From the NCBI RefSeq assembly GCF_009914755.1, contig NC_060947.1: a stretch of 64,000 bases of DNA; one strand, given 5' to 3'. The position numbers and the translations under genes were made by a program. Each line of letters starts with the position of its first letter. Position 1 is the first letter of the stretch. The notes below the pieces were generated by a model, which was not told the origin of the DNA, did no database searches, and saw only the letters and a list, made by a program, of their open reading frames with translations. Origin of the DNA: the human T2T-CHM13v2.0 reference genome, Homo sapiens. Shown here one piece after another: positions 55,856 to 64,000 of the stretch.

Positions 55856-56171
55856 TTTTTTTTGTTTGTTTGCTTGTTTCTTTGTTTTTGAGATGGAGTC
55901 TCACTCTGTTGCCTAGGCTGGAGTGCAGTGGTGCTATCTTGGCTCACTGCAACCTCCACCTCCTGGGTTTCAAGTGATTCTCCTGCCTCAGCCTCCCAAG
56001 TGGCTGGGACTACAGACGTGTGCCACCACGCCCGGCTACCTTTTTGTATTTTTAGTAGGGGCGGGGTTTCACTGTGTTAGCCAGGATGGTCTCGATCTGC
56101 TGACCTCGTGATCTGCCCACCTCAGCCTCCCAAAGTGCTGGGATTACAGGTGTGAGCCACTGTGCCCGGCC
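55856..56171 (-). mobile_element. AluSc/Y-type element
   Basis: GTGTTAGCCAGGATGGTCTCGATCT diagnostic; TSD AGAAGTG. Confidence 0.92.
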
Positions 56172-57328
56172 AGAAGTGTTACTTTTGAAGTGAGTAATGG
56201 AAATGATTTAGAGTTTCAGCACTGGCACTATAATACTGAGATAATACGTGTGGAGTATATTAATAAATGAATAAATCATATTAATGGTTTTTCAGCAAAG
56301 ATTTATGTTAAATGACCCAATACCTAAACAAACAAAAAAGCACATTGGTAAGAAGAGATTTTCACTTTCATTTTGTGGGACCCAGAGCTCAGGAAACAGA
56401 GAATAATTATATTGTTTTCCAAACCTCTGCTATGCCCTGAAATGGAAGTTGGAGAAGAACGGAGAACTCAGGAATAGGGAAGCATGATGCTTTGGGCACC
56501 TGGATAGTGTGTATCCAATGCAGTAAAGGTGGAAATTGGCTTTTGTCTGTCAAACCAGAAGAGGCCCTTGCAGACTCTTTCTTCCCCACTGGGCCATTGA
56601 ACATGAAGTTATGAAATGACTGCAGCCCTCCCAGGATCTTGCATCTGGCCAGAAACCCACTGAAAGCCTTGTCTTAATGCTATTTCCTAGGGAAGTACCT
56701 TTACAGGCAACTCAGCCCAGCCCTACACTATTAGCTTCAGATGATCTGGGCAACGCAGATTTATCATCCTTAATCTAGTGGTTTAGTCTGATTCCCAGGA
56801 AAGAGCTTTGAATCCTGGTTTCAGTAAACATCTTCTCTCTAATCTGTAAGCTATTTATCAAATATGAATGCGCTTTTTGAAATGAGTAACTCATTTCCCT
56901 AGCGGTTTTGTTCCGAAAATAATTGAAAGTGACAATACAAAGAATTACACATAGAGTTGAATCATCATAAAGTAAATATAAAGTTGGAACTGCCCTTGGA
57001 GGCTCACTGTCTTGTGCATCTTCCTCTCTGAGGAGGCACAGACACTTCCATAGGCAGATCTATGTTCCATTATTGATTAGCTTTTAGACTCTTGTTACAT
57101 ATTATATTAGAATGGTTCTGTGAATAAAGAATGAATAGTCCACCCATACGTATAAACATTTTATGAAAGAGCTTCTAACTTTTTTAAAAGAAACCTCATT
57201 TGGGCAAAATTTGAGAAAATAACAGAAGCCATTAAACCCATCTTCTAGGTGACTTCTTACATTTCTATTCTGTTCTTTTCAGAAGGAAGCCAAAGATCAC
57301 ATTTACCCAATTTGGCCTGTAGGTGCAC

Positions 57329-57331
<3 letters not shown>

Positions 57332-57368
<37 letters not shown>
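57332..57368. repeat. (GT)n microsatellite
   Basis: About 18 perfect GT units. Confidence 0.95.
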
Positions 57369-57369
<1 letters not shown>

Positions 57370-57921
57370 TGTGTGCATGTCTGTGTATATGTACCCACCA
57401 CTTTGAGCAACAATTTGAAACTAAGGCATTAGATGACATTCTAAAGGAGAAAAAATGATGTATGAGACTATTCTTTCTTTAAGATTAGCCATTAAAAGTA
57501 TAAGGTTGATGTTTAAAGGGGGATTCAAGTTCAAATATTCTCGAGTTTAGCCAAAAACATCTGGCAGCACACTCTTACTACTGCTTCCTCTCCCTCTCCT
57601 GCTCTCCCTGAATTTTCCTTTCTTTTTTATGTAAGTGCAACTGCCTCAAAAACTGTATGGGTAAGGGACCAGTGAACCTTGGAAAGTTATGTTGGTTGCC
57701 AAAAACAAACCACTGAATGTGGGTCAGTTTATCCAGAGCACTATTTTGGCATTACCCCAACTACAAAATCCTGGTTGCTACACTTACCTCCACTTTACTC
57801 ATTCTAGAATTTATTCCCACTGGTTATAGCGGCACAGAATATAGCCCTTCAGGCTGCCATTGTTGTCCTCCAATAGAGAAAATAACCTTCCTGACCAGGC
57901 ACTTGTTGATCAATATCTGAG

Positions 57922-58412
57922 CTTGTATATGTTTTATATTGTTACTGTAACAAACTACTACACACTTAGAGGCTTAAAACAACAGAAATTTATTGTCTTA
58001 CAGTTGTGGGGATCAAAAGTGAGACATGGGTATAACAAGTCTAAAGTCATTGTGTTAGTTAGCAGGGCTGTTTCCTTTCTGGAGGGAGACTCTGCTTCCT
58101 TACCATTTCCAGCTTCTAGAGACATTCCTTGACTCATGGCCTCTTTTTCCATCTTCAAAGTCAATAGTGTCACCTTTCTCTTACCCTTCTTCCATTGTGA
58201 CCTTGCTTTCTGATTATGGTCAGGAAAGTTTATTCACTTTTAAAGACTCATGTGATTAAAATGAGGGTCCACCTGGATAATCCAGTACAATCTTCCCATT
58301 TCAATGTCATTCACTTTAATCCCATTTGCAAAGTTAACATAGCCATGTAAGGTAATAGGTTCTGGATTTAGGACATAGATATCTGTGGGGGCCATTACTC
58401 TGCCTTCTGCAG
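57922..58412 (-). mobile_element. MaLR LTR (MLT1C/D-like)
   Basis: TTACTGTAACAAACTACTACACACTTAGAGGCTTAAAACAACAGAAATTTATTGTCTTACAG...GGGGGCCATTACTCTGCC. Confidence 0.8.
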
Positions 58413-60703
58413 AGCTCCATCATTTTTTTTCCTTGTGATGGTGGTAATACTAGGAGAACCTCCCTACTTCCATTGGATCTGAAGAAAACAAGAGTTTATT
58501 CAATCTAAGAAACTAAAGAAAGAGCCTTCAGTGTTTCAGCCATCATGGTGGTCATTGAGATGCTCACTGTCTACAGCCTATCAGCAAAATGAGAAACTCA
58601 TCTAGTTGGCTCAGATGAATCTGTACACTCAGGCCCTCTGGTGTTTGGGGTTCATGATACAGCCTGGCTACTTAATAGCTCTTCTTTCCTGAAATGAGAA
58701 ATTGTTTTTTGCAGAGGTGGAAATTTTCGACTTCCATAAAATTGTACTTTTACAGTTGTCTGTTGTTCACAGATATATAAAGTATGTATACTTTTAACAT
58801 AAAAACCACATTTTCTTCTGCCAAATTAGCACATACCATGCTTTTGCTTTCACTTGATAAATATATATTTTTATTTAAATGCCTACTAAATAGCAATGCA
58901 ATTGTACACTGAAGGTAATGGAAAACTTAGCTGAGATGCCATAATCACCTTTTAAGTCAAATTGCTAGGCTTTCACTGAATCATGATTCCATGGCAGTTA
59001 AAACAACCGTAGGCGGCTGATGCTGAGAAGATCAATTGCATTTTTCAGCCCAGGGAAGTAATGTATTTGCCCCCCTCAAAAGGTGTTTAAGTAATAAAAT
59101 ATTTCACAATGCAAATTGGCTGCTGAGGTAGGGGAGGCAGTAATTTCCAGTGAGGTTTGGTGTGGGAGTTGATTCAGGCGCTACACTCACACAGACAAAT
59201 CCAGGCTGCCAAGTCTAGAGCATTAGCAATGTCTTATAAATTTGGGCAGTTCAGAATGTATAATTCAGCCTGAAAAAATAAACAATCCCTTTCTCCCCTT
59301 CACTTCCTGTGTAAATAAGGAAAATACTGACTTAGTTGCCTGGATAATTACAGTGCTGTAGGCCTGGCCTCAGGCAGTTTACAGAAGCGCCAGTAATACC
59401 ATCTGAAAAGTGAAAAATATCAGGCAATCAACTGTTGGCTTTGTCAAATAACTGGTTTAAATGATTTCCTTACTCCCGTCCATTTTGAATTGAAGAGAAA
59501 ATGTTAATTTGCCAGAGGGGTTCACTGCATACACATTTGGGCTATGGAAGATGCTGACAAGGACACTCCTGAATGTCTGCTATTTTATACAGTGAGCTCT
59601 CCTATTCACCCAGTGACTCCCAGCCTTAAAACCAGAGACGACACCGATTCCCTCCTGTTATCCTACTTCATCAAGGAAATTGAAGCCAAGGGGCATGAAT
59701 TCATCTCAATTTTATGCCCTCTTCCCATCTGCTAAAGTATTCTCTAGGCCCATTCTTACTTGTCTCCCTCTTATTAGTTGTATGAACTCGAACAAGCCAT
59801 TTTACCTCTGTGAGCCTCAGTTTGCTCATCTGTAAACAGGGAAGATTTGAAGGCACACTATAACAGGTGCTCTAGGGAGTAAGAGTGAAGATGATGATGG
59901 GAATGTGATAATGGGACTCTGCTGTGTCTCCTGAGGGAAGGAGGAAAATGGGGTGAGACTGGGGAGTTGCCTGCCTCAGAGAATCTCAGCTTGTGCCTTT
60001 CTCCACCTCTCACTTCTCTATCTCATCTCAACTCACTCACTTGAGGGCTTAGATGAGAAAAGGGGGAGGGGGAGGATATAATATAACTCTAGAACACACA
60101 ATGGTGAACAGTTCTGAGAGAGGTCAAGTTGCCTTTCATGCTTCTTCCTCTCTACTGAGACAAGGAACGTGTATCAACAGATAAGTGGAACCGGAAGCAC
60201 AACCATAAGTTTCCTAATCTAAACATGCAAACAAAACATGGTTTGTAATCCAGAAGCATTTCTCTACTACCTGGATTCCTTTCAGATTAGTGGATTAGGT
60301 GTTCAAATAGAGGCAGGAAAGTCATAGGCTATGGAATCAGTGAGATGTGGTTTGAAGTTCTAGTTCTTCATGTACAAGCCTTTATAATACTGGGCTACTC
60401 ACTTTACCTTTCAAAGTCTTGGTCATCTTACTTTTACAACGAGAATGAGAATTATAGGGGTCTTAGTCACTTTTAAACATATGGAACTATTATAATAGCT
60501 ATTGTTGTGTTTTTAAAATAAGCTTTCTTAGAATAGTTTTAGATTTAGAGAAAAATTACAAAGATAGTAAAAAGAGCAATCATGTATTCCACATCAATTT
60601 TCCCCTATTGTTAACATCTTACACTAGTATGACATATTTGTTACAACTATTGATCTAATATCAATACATTATTATTACTAAGGTCCATATTAATTTTCTT
60701 AGG

Positions 60704-60834
60704 TTTTTTTTTTTTTTTTTTTTGAGATGGAGTCTCGCTCTGACACCTAGGCCAGAGTGCAGTGGTGCAATCTTGGCTCACCGCAATCCCCGCCTCCTGG
60801 GTTCAAGCAATTCACCTGCCTCAGCCTCCCAAGT
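60704..60834 (-). mobile_element. 5'-truncated Alu (part of the right arm) inserted in L1MC
   Basis: T20 GAGATGGAGTCTCGCTCTG...CCTCAGCCTCCCAAG, flanked by TCTTAG on both sides. Confidence 0.88.
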
Positions 60835-60979
60835 CTTAGTTTTTACCTAATGTTATTTTTCTGTTCCAGGATCCCATCCGGGGTTACATTTCATTGTCAT
60901 GTCTCCTTAGGTTCCTCTTGGCTGTGGCAGTGTCTCAGGCTTGACTTATTTTTGATAACCTTGATGGTTTTATGGAATA

Positions 60980-61272
60980 CAGATAGTCCCCAACACAATG
61001 GTTTGACTTAAGATTTTTTATATTTATGATGGTGCAAAAATGATATAGAGTCAATAGAAACTGTACTTTAGTACAGTATTCAATGAATTACATGAGTTAT
61101 TTGATACTTTATTATAAAATAGATCTTGTGTTATATGATTTTACCTAACTGTTGGCTAGGATAAGCTATGATGTTCCATAGGTTAGGTGTGTTAAATACA
61201 TTTCAACTTAATATTTTCAACTTATGATGGGTTTATTGGAATATAACCCCATCATAAATTGAGGAGCATCTG
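60980..61272. mobile_element. MER47A-like TcMar-Tigger MITE nested in L1MC
   Basis: TA|CAGATAGTCCCC ... GAGGAGCATCTG|TA: TIRs with TA target sites. Confidence 0.8.
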
Positions 61273-64000
61273 TATTGGTGAGGTATTTTGTTGAATGACC
61301 ATAAACTGGGAATTGTCTGATTTTTTTTCATAACTAGATTGGTATTATGGGTTTTGGGGAGGAAAGCCACAGAAGTAAAGTGCCATTTTCATTACATCAT
61401 CTCAAAAGAACATGACATCACCATCTGCCATCCATTTACTTATTTTTTTCAATCCCATTCTACATGTACAATGGTTTCAGAATTTTTCATCCATACAGTA
61501 AAAAACAACTTCGCCAGTACAGTTCTTTTTGTCTTTAGACTTAACATCTCTACTTATTTCCAAAGTTGCTTAAGTCAGCAAATTTTCCCCTACCCCTTTT
61601 AGTGTGGTTATGTCACACATTTCTAATACAACGAGATTATTTTGTCACAGTCTGCCAATTTGGGTTCATAATCTCCCAAATGATTTTCTAAATGTACATA
61701 CATTAAGATTCATACTTTGTACTTGTGTGGTGATTGACAAATACAGTGTCATGTGCCCACAACTACAATATAATACAGAGTAGTTGCACCACCCTAAGAA
61801 ATCCCATAGGCTTCACCTATTCAATCGTACCCCCATCCCAAACCTCTGGCAACTATTGACCTGTTTTCTGACTTTATTTTGTCTTTTCCAGAATGTCATA
61901 TAAGTGGAATCATATTGTGCATATTCATTTTAAACTGGCTTCTTTTACTTAGCAAGATGTATTTAAGATTCATCTATGATTTTGTGTGGCCTGACAGCTC
62001 ATTCCTTTTCGTGATTATATAGTATTCTATTATATGGATGTACTACAATTTGTTAATTCATTTGATAATTGAAGATATCTTGGCTGCTCCCAGTTTTTGC
62101 TGATTATGGTTAAAACTGCTATAAATATTCATATGCAGGTTTTCTGTGTAAACATAACTTTTCAAGTCAGTTGGGTAAATACCTAGAAGCACAATTGGAT
62201 TTTATGGTAAGACTATATTCAGCTCTGTAAGAAACTGCCAAGCTGCCTATCAACGTGGCTGTACCAGTTTGCATTCCTACCATCAATGAATGAGAGTACA
62301 TGTTGCTCCACATCCTCACCAGAAATTGGTAATATCTGTTTTTTGGATTTGGGTCTTCTAATATGCATGTAGTGGTATCTCATTGTTGTTGTAATTGGCA
62401 ATTCCCTAACAACAAAAGATGCTGAACCTCCTTTCACGTGTTTATTTGTTATGTGTACATCATCTTTGGTGAGATATTTGTTCAGATGCTTTGTACATTT
62501 TTAAGTTGGGTGGTTTGATTTCTTATTGTTGAATTTTAAGTGTTCTTTATGTATTTTGTATACAAGTCCTTTATAATTCTGTGACTTGTCTTTTGATTCC
62601 CCAAACAGTGTCTTTTATGGAGTAAATTTTAAAAATTTCAGTAAAGTCTAACTAATGCATGTTTTATTTCATAGACCATGTTTTTGGTGTTATACGAAAA
62701 AATTATCACCAAACCCAAGGCCATGCTGATTTTCTCCTGTATTCTTCTAGAAGCTTAAAGGTTTTGCATTATGAACTTATCTTCTCATTTTTAAAATGTT
62801 TTGCATTTCACATTTATGTCCTTGATCCATTTTAATTTTTTTTTTAATTTAGGGTGTAAGGTCTGTGTCCAAGTTCTTTTATTTCTTTTTGCTTATGAAT
62901 CCCAAGTTGTCCCAGCTCCATTTGTATTCTTTTAAACTGGCTTCTTTTACTTAGAAAGATATATTTAAGATTCATCCATGATCTGTATTCTTTCTCTGTT
63001 TGTATTCTTTCTTTATCAAACTGCCTTTGTGCTTTGGAAAAAATCAGTTGACTATAATTGTGTGTTTCCATTTCTGATCTCTCTACTTGGCTTTATGGAT
63101 CCATATGCCTATTTTACACCAATACCACACTGCCTTGATTGAAGTTGTTCTGTAGAAAGTTTTGAAATTGGGTAATATGAGTCATCCATCTATATTTTTC
63201 TTTTTCAGAATTGTGATGGTTATTATAGGTCATTTGCTTTACATATAAGTTTTATAATCAGTTTGCCAATATGGTTTCTTTTTTCTTTTTTTTTTTAAAA
63301 AAGAAGCCCTTCTAAGAGTTTAAATGGGATTGTGTTGAATTTGCAAATCAAATAGGGAAGAACTGATATCTTTACAATAGTGAGTCTTCTATTCATGGAT
63401 TATCTCTCAATTTTTTTGTATATTTGATTTATTTCATCAGTGTTTTGTAGTTTCCTGAGCTCAGATATCAAACGTATTTTGTTAAATTAATACCTTAGTA
63501 TTTCATTTTTGCTATTATTATAAGTAATATATTTTAAAATTCAAATTCCAATTGTCCATTGCTGATATATAGGAAAGCATTTGACTTTTGTATATAGACT
63601 TGTACCCTGCAATCTTGATATACTCACATTAGTTCCAGGAACATTTTTTAATTTGTTTGGGCTTTCTACATAGAAAATCATGTATCTTCAAAGAAAGACA
63701 CTTTCCTTTCCAATCTGTACACATTTTATTCCTTTTACTTATCTTATTGCACTAGCTAGGACTTCCAGTTGTCTTAGGACTTCCTATTCCTATGTTGAAT
63801 TGGAGTGGTGAAAAAGGATACCGTTGCCTTGTTTCTTATCTTAAGAAGAAAATATTCAGTCTCTCTCTATTATGATGTTAGCTGTAAGTTTTTCACATAT
63901 ACTCTTTATTAGCATAAGGAAATTCCCTTCTTTTCCTAGCTTTTGAGAGTTTTTATTATGAATATGTATAGAACTTCGTCAGATGCTTTGTCTGCATCTA

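Larger units (their letters stand above)
60510..64000 (-). mobile_element. L1MC-type LINE (3' end plus ORF2 remnant), running off the window end
   Basis: L1MC-like 3'UTR (AATAGTTTTAGATTTAGAGAAAAATTACAAAGATAG...) and minus-strand ORF2 relics (TTMRYHYMHIR; HNYSQLIFSK). Confidence 0.88.

Overview
This is primate (very likely human) genomic DNA, not microbial: it is CpG-poor and full of Alu, L1, MIR, L2, MaLR/ERV LTR and DNA-transposon fossils. The first ~16.2 kb is the 3' end of AFF2 (FMR2, FRAXE locus, Xq28) on the + strand. It contains the penultimate coding exon (2934-3124), the last coding exon (6778-6899, ending ...[12 protein letters not shown]) and a ~9.3 kb, almost TE-free 3'UTR with tandem poly(A) signals. 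The remaining ~48 kb is repeat-rich intergenic DNA with no credible protein-coding gene. Nearly all ORFs in the track are chance or repeat-derived. I found no evidence for a new multi-gene system. The best leads are (1) a strong G-quadruplex enclosed by an 8-bp stem ~200 nt upstream of the proximal AFF2 poly(A) site, (2) a MER41B LTR with both GAS motifs intact 1.8 kb past the gene end, and (3) two short locally templated insertions (42 bp perfect, ~58 bp diverged), each copied from ~0.9-1.0 kb away inside L1 fossils. Repeat boundaries and subfamily names come from visual recognition and are approximate.
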